Assembly (NCBI GenBank): GCA_963666345.1 | Contig: OY762721.1 | Location: 3,424,001 to 3,488,000, forward strand | Source: Desulfatiglandales bacterium | GTDB taxonomy: Bacteria; Desulfobacterota; DSM-4660; Desulfatiglandales; Desulfatiglandaceae | DNA length: 64,000 nt | Direction: 5' to 3' | Part shown: piece by piece, positions 21,409 to 31,485 of the stretch | How positions within the stretch are numbered: the first letter of the stretch is position 1 | Layout: each line of letters begins with the position of its first letter | Translations under genes and position numbers: made by a program | The notes under the pieces: model-generated | What the model saw: only the letters and a program-made list of their open reading frames with translations | Databases searched by the model: none | What the model was told of the DNA's origin: nothing

Positions 21409-21744
21409 AACCGGGTATTACCGGCTGCAGGCCAGATATCTCTTCTTCAGTATGTTCAGAAATAATAACACTTGAAAATATTGTATTTGTATATTTAAAT
21501 CCCCTCCTTAAAAGCGGATGTCATTCCATTATAGAAAACCTGGTTTTGAAACCCGGGCATTCCAGGTTTCGGCATGGCAAACTGTATCCTTGCAGGGTCA
21601 ATGCGTTGTCTCCCGGGCGGGATCTTTTACTGATCATATGCGCTGGTTTATCTTCCTTAGACATGCAGCCCTTTATATGTCTTATCCTGATCATCTTCGT
21701 GCGAGCCTTTTTCTCAGGGGGAGCTTATTATATGGAGAGCCTTG

Positions 21745-22989
21745 ATGAACATTTCAGGCATTTCTGCCTCTTCCGGTGGTAAAAAAAACAGGTGGGACCT
21801 TGTCCTGCTTTTTGTCGGCGCGGGGGTCGTCGCCTCTTTTCAGGTCGGTAAGGCCCCTCCCATGCTCCCCTCCATCAGGGATGAACTTGGGATGAGCCTG
21901 GTGCTTGCCGGGTGGGTGCTTTCGACCTTCAACGTGCTGGGGCTTGCAGTGGGTTCCCTCGCCGGTGCCGTATCAGACGCACTGGGGCACCGCCTCGTGC
22001 TCTTCTCCGGCCTTGTTTTACAGGCCGCCGGGAGCATTATCGGCGCCTTTTCTCCCGTGGCTTCCATTCTTCTGACAACCAGGTTGTTTGAAGGCCTCGG
22101 TTTTCTTATGATCGCGTCTTCGGCCCCTGTATTGATCTTCAAGGTTACAAGGCCCTCAGACGTGAGGTTTTCCCTTGCGGTATGGAGCTGTTTTCTGCCT
22201 GCAGGCGCATCCATTATCATGCTGCTTGCGCCCATGTTCAACTCTTTTTCGGGGTGGAGGGGGTTGTGGCTTGCAAACGGGGCTGTCCTGGTCCTATTCG
22301 CTGTTTTTTTCATGAAAAAGACGGATGGGATGTCTATGCCCGAGGTGAAAACCAGCCTTAATCTGAAGCGGTTTATAGGGGATTTTGCGGGTACGGTCAC
22401 TTCAGCCGGTCCTCTGCTGCTGTCTTTTATTTTTGCGGCCTATACACTGCAGTGGCTTACCGTCATGGGTTTTCTTCCCACCCTTCTCATAGATGATTTC
22501 GGGATAGGAAAGGGATCGGCCTCGATTTTTACGGCTGTCATGGTGGCGGTTAATATCCCCGGCAATCTGGCCGGCGGGTGGCTCATGCAGAAGGGTATCG
22601 GCAGGGGAAAACTTATCTGTACTGCAATCCTTATAATGGGACTCAACTCTTTTGTGATCTACTCATCCGGGCTGCATTTCTGGATTCGATATGGAGGGTG
22701 TCTTGCGTTTTCCGGATTCGGAGGGCTGCTTCCGGCTTCAATCCTAAGCGGGGCACCTGTGCATGCTCCCTGTTCCGATCAGGTAGGAACTACAAATGGT
22801 CTCATAATGCAGGGAGGCCAGCTGGGGCAGCTGGTCGGACCTCCCGTGCTGGCAGTGCTTGTTTCGCACACGGGGACCTGGCAATCCGCCCCTTTCATGC
22901 TTTTTGCAGCAGCCCTGACAGGGGCGGGCCTTTCCCTCATCCTTTCGATGAAAGAGAAAAAAATGGAGTCTGATGTAACCGGTCTTTAA
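21745..22989 (+). CDS. MFS transporter (CynX/NimT-like)
   Basis: About 12 TMs, GAVSDALGHR MFS motif, TRLFEG. Confidence 0.85.
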   Translation: MNISGISASSGGKKNRWDLVLLFVGAGVVASFQVGKAPPMLPSIRDELGMSLVLAGWVLSTFNVLGLAVGSLAGAVSDALGHRLVLFSGLVLQAAGSIIGAFSPVASILLTTRLFEGLGFLMIASSAPVLIFKVTRPSDVRFSLAVWSCFLPAGASIIMLLAPMFNSFSGWRGLWLANGAVLVLFAVFFMKKTDGMSMPEVKTSLNLKRFIGDFAGTVTSAGPLLLSFIFAAYTLQWLTVMGFLPTLLIDDFGIGKGSASIFTAVMVAVNIPGNLAGGWLMQKGIGRGKLICTAILIMGLNSFVIYSSGLHFWIRYGGCLAFSGFGGLLPASILSGAPVHAPCSDQVGTTNGLIMQGGQLGQLVGPPVLAVLVSHTGTWQSAPFMLFAAALTGAGLSLILSMKEKKMESDVTGL

Positions 22990-23016
22990 GTAACACGTAA
23001 AGGATTAAAAAGCTCG

Positions 23017-24294
23017 TTAAAGATGTTTGTGGGTAAATGTCTTTTTCCCGTCCGCATAGTCGGCCACGACCTGGCCCTTGCCCTTGAGCTTCCACTTGTA
23101 GATCATGAGGCCTTCAAGCCCCACAGGCCCGCGAGCGTGTATCTTCCCCGTGCTTATGCCTACCTCGGCCCCCAGCCCGTAACGGTATCCGTCGCTGAAA
23201 CGGGTGCTGCAGTTCCAGAATACATTTCCGGAATCGACCAGATTCATAAAATTTCCGGCAACCGATTCATCGGCCGTGACAATGGAATCGGTGTGTCCCG
23301 ATCCGTAGGTGTTTATGTGATCTATCGCCTCATCAGCGTCTTTGACCACCTTTATGGAGATGATCAGGTCCAGGTATTCCGTGCGCCAGTCTTTTTCTGT
23401 GGCCGGCTTGACATCAACTATACCGGCGGTACCGGGGCATCCCCTCAATTCAACCCCCTTCTCCGAAAGGGCGCTACATACCAGGGGAAGAAAATCGGGC
23501 GCGACAGACTCATGAACCAGAAGGGTTTCAACCGCGTTACAGACCGCCACATACTGGCACTTGGAATCCACCGTTATGTCACATGCCATCTGGAGATCCG
23601 CATCCTTATCGATGTAGAGATGACATATACCGTCGGCATGCCCCATAACAGGGATGTCGGAATTGTCCATAATGAACCTGACGAATTCATTGGACCCGCG
23701 CGGTATGACAAGGTCGATAAGGTCATCCATCTTGAGCATCTCCATCACGTCGGATCTGGTCTCAAGAAGCTGCAGCCAGCCGGCAGGGATGCCCTCCGCC
23801 TCGCTTGCATTTTTTATAATCTCGGCAAGGACCCTGTTCGTGTTTGCAGCCTCGCTTCCTCCCTTTAAAAGTGCTGAGTTTCCACTCTTGAGACAAAGGG
23901 TGGATATCTGAACGAGTGCGTCAGGCCTTGATTCAAATATCACTCCGGTCACCCCGATGGGGCAGCTTACCTGATAAAGCTCAAGTCCTCTGTCAAGTTC
24001 CCTGGCACTGATCGTCCTGCCGACAGGTTCATCAAGCTTGATGAGACTTCCGATCCCGTCTATTACTCCGGCAAGTTTTGCCCGATCAAACCTGAGTCGT
24101 TTTAAAAGGGGGGGCGCGAGGTTGTTTTCCCGGCTTACGGCGAGATCTTTTTCATTTGCCTCAAACAGGGCCTGCCTGTTTGAATCGAGGGCATCTGCGA
24201 CGGCCTTTAGCGCCCTGTTTTTTGTCTCTGTTCCTGTGGCGGCAAGTTTTATTGAGGCGGCTTTTGCCGCGCGCGCGGATTCCCTGATATCCAT
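23017..24294 (-). CDS. proA: Gamma-glutamyl phosphate reductase
   Basis: IFESRP, LKGGSEA, IPRG, CNAVET, STRFSDG, KIHARGPVG. Confidence 0.96.
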   Translation of the reverse strand: MDIRESARAAKAASIKLAATGTETKNRALKAVADALDSNRQALFEANEKDLAVSRENNLAPPLLKRLRFDRAKLAGVIDGIGSLIKLDEPVGRTISARELDRGLELYQVSCPIGVTGVIFESRPDALVQISTLCLKSGNSALLKGGSEAANTNRVLAEIIKNASEAEGIPAGWLQLLETRSDVMEMLKMDDLIDLVIPRGSNEFVRFIMDNSDIPVMGHADGICHLYIDKDADLQMACDITVDSKCQYVAVCNAVETLLVHESVAPDFLPLVCSALSEKGVELRGCPGTAGIVDVKPATEKDWRTEYLDLIISIKVVKDADEAIDHINTYGSGHTDSIVTADESVAGNFMNLVDSGNVFWNCSTRFSDGYRYGLGAEVGISTGKIHARGPVGLEGLMIYKWKLKGKGQVVADYADGKKTFTHKHL

Positions 24295-24697
24295 AGATAA
24301 GCCTCCCTGTTGAAATAACCCGAACGGCCAATATGAGATGAATACATGAAAGAGCATATATAAGTCAAATGCTTATATGATTTAAAGAGTTACAGATCGT
24401 GGGCGCCTCAATGGGATATCCCGTTTCTTCATCTGTTCCCGGATCCCGGTCCTGCCGGAACCAATCCTTCCGCCTGTCTCGGATTTATTCCGGCAGCAGC
24501 CCCAAGGTATTTGCCGGAAATCCTTGCTGATTTATTTTTCTCACTTGATTATCGGATAATGATACTTAATTGTTACTGCAAAGTAATTAGGGCCTTACAT
24601 GCCTGGCAAGTTAAATGAAGATTTTCCGACAATTCAAATTTTCGGGTGTTTTTTGTTTAGACCGGATTCATGATGTCCATCTCTTTTGGAGGAGACC

Positions 24698-25528
24698 ATG
24701 AAAATAAAAAAAATAACATCTCTTACGGCGATGCTCTGCTTTGGGCTGCTTTTGATCACAGGATTTATCCTTTATATAGTGCCTCACGGCAGGGTGGCGT
24801 ACTGGGCCGACTGGCGCCTGTGGGGGCTTTCAAAGACTCAATGGACAGATATACATGTTAACGTGAGCCTGCTGTTCATTCTGTCAGGTTTTCTCCATAT
24901 CTATTATAACTGGAAACAGATCGTGTCCTATCTCAAAAACAGGGCAAAGGAAATCAAGATTTTTACGAGGGATTTCAACATCGCCCTGCTTGTAACCGTG
25001 ATTTTCGTGGCCGGTACCTATTTTATGATCCCGCCCCTCAGCTGGGTAATCAATCTCAGTGAATCAATCAAAGATGCAGCATCGGTAAAATATGGAGAAC
25101 CTCCTTACGGACATGCCGAGCTTTCCACTGTCAAGACATTTGCAAAAAAGATGGGCTTTGATGCTGAAGATGCAATCCAAAAGGTTAAAAAGAGAGGGCT
25201 TAAGATAGAAGGCCCTGAACAGACACTTAAAGATATCGCGAATGCCAACGGTTTGTCACCGCATGGTTTGTATCTCATGATGAAGCCTGAAAAAGAGGAT
25301 TCCCTGACAGGAACCGGAAGCCTTCCTGATTCACCTCCTCCAGGTATCGGAAGAAGACCCCTGGCTGATTTATGCAGTGAATTCGGGCTCAATATGAAGG
25401 AGGTCCTCAGGGGCCTTTCAGAAAAAAAGATCGAGGCCTCCGCCGAGATGACCATGAAAGAGATAGGCGAAAAGATGGATATGAGCCCGGTCGATGTCTA
25501 TGGGATAATAAGGGAAATTTCAGGATAA
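24698..25528 (+). CDS. DUF4405-domain membrane protein
   Basis: TGFILYIVPHG, WTDIH, LHIYYNW, PPYGHAEL; GGAGG RBS. Confidence 0.8.
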   Translation: MKIKKITSLTAMLCFGLLLITGFILYIVPHGRVAYWADWRLWGLSKTQWTDIHVNVSLLFILSGFLHIYYNWKQIVSYLKNRAKEIKIFTRDFNIALLVTVIFVAGTYFMIPPLSWVINLSESIKDAASVKYGEPPYGHAELSTVKTFAKKMGFDAEDAIQKVKKRGLKIEGPEQTLKDIANANGLSPHGLYLMMKPEKEDSLTGTGSLPDSPPPGIGRRPLADLCSEFGLNMKEVLRGLSEKKIEASAEMTMKEIGEKMDMSPVDVYGIIREISG

Positions 25529-25605
25529 CGGTCGTGATTAAGCCATTGAGGTGTTGCCATCGGTTCAGGATGTCTTATCTTGATAGGAAAGTATTTTATG
25601 TGGTG

Positions 25606-25745
25606 CCCATCCGGAAACACACCATTCCTGGATGTTGCTTTCAGCCGGCGGCTATCGGCAAGTAACCAATAAGCTGATATCGCAGATGTTTAACTGAAAT
25701 CTGATTGCTGATGGCATGAGGCCATAAATCTTCATTTATGCACGA
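25606..25745. repeat. MITE-like dispersed repeat, copy 2
   Basis: Aligns by eye with 21267-21408 (CCCATCC.GAAA, CTGGATGTTG, CCAATAAG.TGAT, CCATAAATCTT.ATTTATG). Confidence 0.75.
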
Positions 25746-25795
25746 TGACAAGGTAGACATAATCGGTGTGATTCTATTTTTTTAAGGGAGCTTAT

Positions 25796-25969
25796 ATGAA
25801 AACCCTGGCTATATTCGCTGTATTTTTTGGAATATATTTTCTGTTACAACTGGTTATCCTTCCCAAGCTCGGCATAAACAGCTGAATGAGGCAGGCCTGT
25901 CAGGTGACGGGCAAGACTCTTATCGAAGACAAGGACGGCTCTGCAAAGGACACTGAGAAGCCTGAATAA
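25796..25969 (+). CDS. Candidate 57-aa selenoprotein MKTLAIFAVFFGIYFLLQLVILPKLGINS-U-MRQACQVTGKTLIEDKDGSAKDTEKPE
   Basis: AAGGGAG RBS, ATG 25796, in-frame TGA 25883-25885, hairpin GCCTGTC-AGGT-GACGGGC at 25895-25912, frame open to TAA 25967. Confidence 0.7.
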
Positions 25970-26633
25970 GATTCAGCGCTTCCCATATCCGCAGCAGGCT
26001 CATTGAATCCTTCTTTTTTTCTTCCCAATACTTTTCATGCGGCCCTAAGGCGCTGGTAAACAGAAGGGCGTTTTATCTCGTATGCCTTTTGTTTTTACAT
26101 GCCGAACCCCGGCCGGCTATTGTCAGATACCTGATGATTTGTGTCTTGTTATGGATGAAAGCCTTGGTTCAAGGCCTAATCTCATAATAATCAGCATGTG
26201 ATATTGATGTCTTATATATTTTTTTATTCAAACATGAATATTGCAATGACAACATGATTTTTATTTGTTAATATCCACCAACTTTGCAATATAGAACCTC
26301 CTGTTCTTGCGGTACATCTCAAATTCCCCCTCCATCTCTTACAATCGTGCCGTTTCCTTTTACCTTCTCCTGCTGGGTAGCTGTTCACCCGGTAACTTCG
26401 CCTTTAGGATGGAATTTTCCGCTCCCTTTCGAGGGAGGGTCTTTGATATCCCGATTGTTCTAAACTGGTGTCCGTCGTAAAAATCATCCGCTTGCGGATG
26501 AGACAGTCGTCGTTCGGCATTCAATTTCCGATTTGTGCGATGAGTTTTTCTGCCTGCGTGAAAAGGGTTTTAGACTGGAAGCCGAAGACACTGAGGTTTT
26601 AGTCAGACACCAAGCAAGAGAAAGGGGGGTAAA

Positions 26634-27911
26634 ATGATCAGATTCATGCTTAGAGGTTTAATCATCCTTACATCGATAACCATCACCTTGGGGGCCTTTA
26701 TAGCGGTTCCCGGCATCATGGCCGCATCCGATCCTATCGTGATAGGCGCACCGGTGCCCAGGGCCAGTGCATACGGGCAGAACGGCGAAAGGGGCATGAT
26801 ACTTGCCGCAGAACAGATCAACGCCGAGGGAGGTATAAAAATCGGTGGAGTCATGCGCCCGTTGAAGCTGGAAATAATCGACGACAGGGACGAGGAACCG
26901 GGGGTCCCCACCAACGAAGTCCTTCTTGCCATTGAGAAACTGATTCTTCAGAAAAAGGTGGATCTGGTGGCCGGCGGGCCCTGTATGTCGGAATGCGGGA
27001 TGGCGGCCATGGATCTATATGCCAGGTACAAGGTGATAGATCTTGTCAGTATAGGGTGCTACACCCCCAGCTGGGACAAAAAAGTGGAAAAGGCCCGGGA
27101 CAAATACAAACATTCTTTCAGGGTAAGCGGCAGTGTGAAGTGGTATATAAAGGAAGGGCTCGATCTTTTGGCAAAGATCAAGGCGGATTACGGCTTTGAC
27201 AAGATGTTCATCTCAATCGATGACAGCCTCATGTGCCGAAAAGCCGCAGGAATAGTGGAAAAGCTTGCAACCAAGTCTGGGTGGAAAATCGTGGGGAGGG
27301 ACAAGCATCCGATCGGAACGACCGACTATGCAATGGCCCTGAGCGAGTGCAAGAAGTCGGGCGCGCAGGTCCTTTTCATGTGGGCCTATGCCCCTGAAAC
27401 CTCGATACTTCTGAAACAGTGGGCCGACATGGAGGTGCCGGCCCTTCCGATAGGATTCATAGGGGCGGCCGAAGACCCCGGATTCTGGAAGGCCACAAAC
27501 GGAAAGGGCGCATATACCATAGTGACCCTTTCGGAGACAGGCAATGTGCCTGCCGATGTAATGCCGGGCACCATGACCTTTTATAATGCGTTCGAGAAGA
27601 GATGGGGCGTGCCGCCCCGAAGCACCGGGTGCGTAAGCGCCTATGAGGCGCTCTTTGTGCTCAAGGATGCTATCGAGCGGGCCGGGAGTCTTGATAAGGC
27701 AGCCTTGATTGAGGCGCTCTCCAAAACCAACCTTCCCGCTGTCAGAGGAACCATACGCTTTGATGAGAACCACCAGATAGTGTACGGCTACGACCCCAAG
27801 ACCAGCGTGCTGGGCAACTGGGTCCAGTGGCAGAACGGCGAACGGGTATGCGTGTTTCCCGAGGCAGCTGCCACAGGGAAGATCCAGATTCCGCCCTGGT
27901 TGAAAAACTAG
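26634..27911 (+). CDS. LIV-family ABC transporter substrate-binding protein
   Basis: Signal peptide, AAEQINAEGG, DAIERAGSLD, RGTIRFD. Confidence 0.9.
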   Translation: MIRFMLRGLIILTSITITLGAFIAVPGIMAASDPIVIGAPVPRASAYGQNGERGMILAAEQINAEGGIKIGGVMRPLKLEIIDDRDEEPGVPTNEVLLAIEKLILQKKVDLVAGGPCMSECGMAAMDLYARYKVIDLVSIGCYTPSWDKKVEKARDKYKHSFRVSGSVKWYIKEGLDLLAKIKADYGFDKMFISIDDSLMCRKAAGIVEKLATKSGWKIVGRDKHPIGTTDYAMALSECKKSGAQVLFMWAYAPETSILLKQWADMEVPALPIGFIGAAEDPGFWKATNGKGAYTIVTLSETGNVPADVMPGTMTFYNAFEKRWGVPPRSTGCVSAYEALFVLKDAIERAGSLDKAALIEALSKTNLPAVRGTIRFDENHQIVYGYDPKTSVLGNWVQWQNGERVCVFPEAAATGKIQIPPWLKN

Positions 27912-28033
27912 TCGAACCCCGGCGGTTATTTTCGCGTGAGGGAACCCCGCAGAGTATGTCCCTCACCCCTCCGTAATCGATCTATGCCGTTCCGGCTGAC
28001 TGCCGGAGCGGCAACCACACACCACATAGAGAT

Positions 28034-28918
28034 ATGGAAATAATCATATACGGCGCCATTAACAGCATCGTCTTCGCGCTCATCGCAGTGGGGTTTTCGC
28101 TGGTGTACGGGGTGAGCCGGATACCCAACTTCGCGCACGGCTCGATTTACGTGCTGGTGGGATTTCTCACCTGGAGTTTTCTGAACGACCTCAAAATGCC
28201 CTATTGGGCTGCCATATTGAGCTCCCTTGTGATCGCGGCCGCTTTGGGCCTTGCCATTTACCGGTTCGTGCTCATGCGCCTCAGGGGACTTCCAACCTCG
28301 GAGATCATAGCCTCCTTTGCGGTCAGCCTCATTATCCTGGAAGGCCTTCGGATGCAGGGTATTGCCGGGTTCAAGGGTTTCATAGGGCCCTTTTACGTCC
28401 TGCCGCCCCTGATCGAGGGAAAAATCCTTGTAATGGGGGTGTTCGTTGATTATCAGAGGCTCATTATCATGGGCGGCGGGATATCTATGCTGCTTTTTTT
28501 GTGGGCCTTCACCCATTACTCCAAGATGGGGCTTTCCCTAAGGGCTATCGCCCAGGATGAGCAGGCCGCAATGATGCTTGGTATAAACTCGGACCGAGTG
28601 GCCATGGTCGCGCTTGCCATCGGATCCGCACTTGCCGGACTTGCCGCGGTTCTGATCCTGCCTCTGGGCAATATCGCCGCGGAACAGGGCTACCGGGTGC
28701 TCATCTATGCCCTTGCGGTATGTATCATAGGAGGGCTGGGCAGTTGGGCCGGTACCATACTGGCCTCATTCGTGCTCGGTTTTGCAATGATCATAAGCAC
28801 GTCTTTATTCGGTGCCCTGTGGGAATCGGTCGTGCTGGTGGGCACCATCATACTAATCCTCCTGGTTAAGCCCTCGGGCCTGCTGGGGAAACAGAAGGAA
28901 CTGGAGGAAAGAGTCTAA
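28034..28918 (+). CDS. LivH-type ABC permease
   Basis: GFSLVYGVSRIPNFAHG, LRAIAQD, IIGGLGS. Confidence 0.92.
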   Translation: MEIIIYGAINSIVFALIAVGFSLVYGVSRIPNFAHGSIYVLVGFLTWSFLNDLKMPYWAAILSSLVIAAALGLAIYRFVLMRLRGLPTSEIIASFAVSLIILEGLRMQGIAGFKGFIGPFYVLPPLIEGKILVMGVFVDYQRLIIMGGGISMLLFLWAFTHYSKMGLSLRAIAQDEQAAMMLGINSDRVAMVALAIGSALAGLAAVLILPLGNIAAEQGYRVLIYALAVCIIGGLGSWAGTILASFVLGFAMIISTSLFGALWESVVLVGTIILILLVKPSGLLGKQKELEERV

Positions 28919-29929
28919 ATGCCTGCAGAGACCCGTCGTAAGAAACGGCTGGACAGGAGTATCAAGGTGCGCAGTGAGGGGCTCTACGGCCTTGCTTCCT
29001 GGCGTGAAATGACCTACCTGGCATGCCCCAGAGTAATTCTGATTGCCGGACTTCTGGTGCTGCCCCTGGTTCTGGACATGTACTGGCAGCGGGTATTATG
29101 TGCGGCCGGTATCTACGCTCTGCTTGCGCTCAGCTTTGATTTTCTGGCGCATTTCGTGGGACTGGTCTGCCTGGGAGGCGCCATGTTCATAGGCTTCGGG
29201 GGTTACATTTCCGGGAGCCTCAACGAATACATGGGATGGGCCCCGATTGTCACGATTCCTATCGCCACGGTGGCGGGGGCGTTTCTGTCCACCTTGGTGC
29301 TCGTTCCATGTCTGAGGCTGCGCGGCATATATTTCGCCATCGTGAGCTTTATGCTTCCCCTGTTTGCCGTCTACGTTATAATCGCGCTAAGCCTTTTCGG
29401 GAGCACCGAAGGACTCAGCGCCCTGGCGACCTTTCCCAATTCATGGGTGGAACAGTACCTGATCCTGGTGGTTGTACTGGTGGCCCTTTTTTCGGTCAGA
29501 CGACTGGTCTCGGAGGATATCGGCCTAATCCTTCGCAGTATCAAAGACAATGACCAGGCGGTAAAGGCCTCCGGTATCAGTATCACCATTTACCGCATAA
29601 AGGCGGTTTTCATAGCCTCCCTCATCGGATGTTTCGCCGGGGCCTACCTGTGCCATCTTTACGGGTGGGTGGGGCTCAGCCTGTTTGCCATGGATTTTTC
29701 AATACTCCCGATAGCCGCTACCGTGCTTGGCGGTATGGGAAGCCTTGTGGGTGCGGTCCTGGGGGCCTTCATCCTAACCCCCCTTTCAGAGGCGTTGAGG
29801 GGATTCGGGCAGCTTCGGGTGGTTCTCTACTGCTTGGTTCTGCTCTGTTTCATCCTCTACAAACCGGAGGGGCTCATGAATGTGCTTGAAAGGAAATATC
29901 ACCAGTTCGAAAAATGGGAAAAGGTTTAG
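28919..29929 (+). CDS. LivM-type ABC permease
   Basis: LRLRGIYFAI, LGGMGSLVG, KPEGL. Confidence 0.92.
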   Translation: MPAETRRKKRLDRSIKVRSEGLYGLASWREMTYLACPRVILIAGLLVLPLVLDMYWQRVLCAAGIYALLALSFDFLAHFVGLVCLGGAMFIGFGGYISGSLNEYMGWAPIVTIPIATVAGAFLSTLVLVPCLRLRGIYFAIVSFMLPLFAVYVIIALSLFGSTEGLSALATFPNSWVEQYLILVVVLVALFSVRRLVSEDIGLILRSIKDNDQAVKASGISITIYRIKAVFIASLIGCFAGAYLCHLYGWVGLSLFAMDFSILPIAATVLGGMGSLVGAVLGAFILTPLSEALRGFGQLRVVLYCLVLLCFILYKPEGLMNVLERKYHQFEKWEKV

Positions 29930-29930
29930 C

Positions 29931-30689
29931 ATGGCCGAAGAACCTATACTTCATGTCGAGAAACTGAGCAAGTCGTTCGGCGGGGTTCAGGCGGTATTTG
30001 ACGTGGGCTTTGATCTGAATCATGGAGAGATCCTCGGCGTAATCGGACCGAACGGGGCAGGAAAGACCACTCTTGTAAACCTGATAAGCGGTTTTGTCAC
30101 ACCTGACAGGGGTGAGGTCATGTTCAAGGGTGAGGAGATCACGAGAAAGCCTCCGCATAGGATCGCCAACCTGGGTCTTGCTCGCACCTTCCAGGTCATG
30201 CGACCTTATCACAGCCTTCCCGCCTACAAAAATCTTATCGTTCCGCTCAATTCTCCCAGGGTTCGCAGGACCCGCGGAGGAAAACTGGGTGACAGAGACT
30301 CGGTTGCGATCGATCTGCTTGAGGAGGTAGGTTTTGAAAGAGACGCGCGGGTCCCTTACAAGACAGCCGGGTCACTCCCACTGGGTTATCTCAAGCGGCT
30401 GGAGCTGGCACGCTGCATGGCATTGAGGCCGGAGGTGATTTTGTGTGACGAAATTTTTTCAGGGCTGAGCATGTCTGAGATCTCCAGCCTCATACCCCTC
30501 CTGGAAAAGCTCAAGATGGAGGGTGTCACCCTTATGATGATTGAGCATCGTCTGCGGGAACTGTTCCGGCTCGCGGACCGGGTTATGGTAATGAGTTTCG
30601 GGAGCAAGATCGCCGAAGGGATTGCGGCCGAGGTTATGGAGGAGCCGAGGGTCAAAGAGGCCTACCTGGGTAAGGAGAAAACCGGATGA
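29931..30689 (+). CDS. LivG-type ABC ATPase
   Basis: GPNGAGKTT, ARTFQ, IEH. Confidence 0.92.
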   Translation: MAEEPILHVEKLSKSFGGVQAVFDVGFDLNHGEILGVIGPNGAGKTTLVNLISGFVTPDRGEVMFKGEEITRKPPHRIANLGLARTFQVMRPYHSLPAYKNLIVPLNSPRVRRTRGGKLGDRDSVAIDLLEEVGFERDARVPYKTAGSLPLGYLKRLELARCMALRPEVILCDEIFSGLSMSEISSLIPLLEKLKMEGVTLMMIEHRLRELFRLADRVMVMSFGSKIAEGIAAEVMEEPRVKEAYLGKEKTG

Positions 30690-31438
30690 ATGTCCTGGAA
30701 GTAAGAGACCTGATGGTGTTCTATGAAAACGCCATTGCCATTAATAACGTGAATCTTTCCTGCGTAAAAGGTGAGATCACCGGGGCCTTCGGTGCCAACA
30801 GCGCCGGAAAATCCACCTTCATGTACACGGTTTCCGGAATCATCCTGGATCTGAAACGGAAGGAGAAGATGCGGGGAGGGGAACGTATTACAGTCATGGG
30901 CAGTATCCTGCACATGGGAGAGGAGATCATCGGCATGGAACCCAGCCTTCGGGCAAGGCAGGGAATCGTGCTCTGCCCGGAGCGGCGCCGTATCTTTCAG
31001 GAAAGCAGCGTAATGGAGAATCTCAGGATCGGCGGTATCCTTGCAACAAAGGCTCAGGCAAAGAAGACCCTCGATTATGTGTTTGATCTTTTTCCTCCGC
31101 TCTGGCGATTGAAAAAAAGGGAAGGTGGATTCCTGAGCGGGGGGGAGCAACAGATGCTCGCAATAGGCCGCGCCCTCATGGCCCAGCCCACGCTGCTGCT
31201 GCTCGACGAACCGCTGCTCGGTTTGAGCCCGGTCATGGAGGAGATGCTGACAGACGCAATCGAGAACATAAACAGGGAGACCGGGATAACCGTATGCATC
31301 ACGGAGCAGTACGCCAGACCGATTCTTCCGATTATCCATCATGGGTATGTCCTTGAAAACGGGGGAGTAGTTCTGGAAGGAACTTCTGAAGAACTGATGG
31401 ACAACCCGGATGTGAAGTCCGCCTATTTCGGTATGTAG
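30686..31438 (+). CDS. LivF-type ABC ATPase
   Basis: GANSAGKST, LSGGEQQMLAIGRALM, LLLDEP. Confidence 0.92.
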   Translation: MNVLEVRDLMVFYENAIAINNVNLSCVKGEITGAFGANSAGKSTFMYTVSGIILDLKRKEKMRGGERITVMGSILHMGEEIIGMEPSLRARQGIVLCPERRRIFQESSVMENLRIGGILATKAQAKKTLDYVFDLFPPLWRLKKREGGFLSGGEQQMLAIGRALMAQPTLLLLDEPLLGLSPVMEEMLTDAIENINRETGITVCITEQYARPILPIIHHGYVLENGGVVLEGTSEELMDNPDVKSAYFGM

Positions 31439-31485
31439 GCCCCTTAACCCCCAAACTGATTCATAAAGCCGCTGCATTCGGAGGA

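Noticed and set aside
21402..21782. 126-aa ORF before the MFS gene
   Set aside because: Starts inside the repeat end, overlaps the MFS start, no motifs
23023..23868. 281-aa plus-strand ORF
   Set aside because: Antisense shadow of proA
30662..31477. 271-aa minus-strand ORF
   Set aside because: Typical antisense ORF of an ABC ATPase gene
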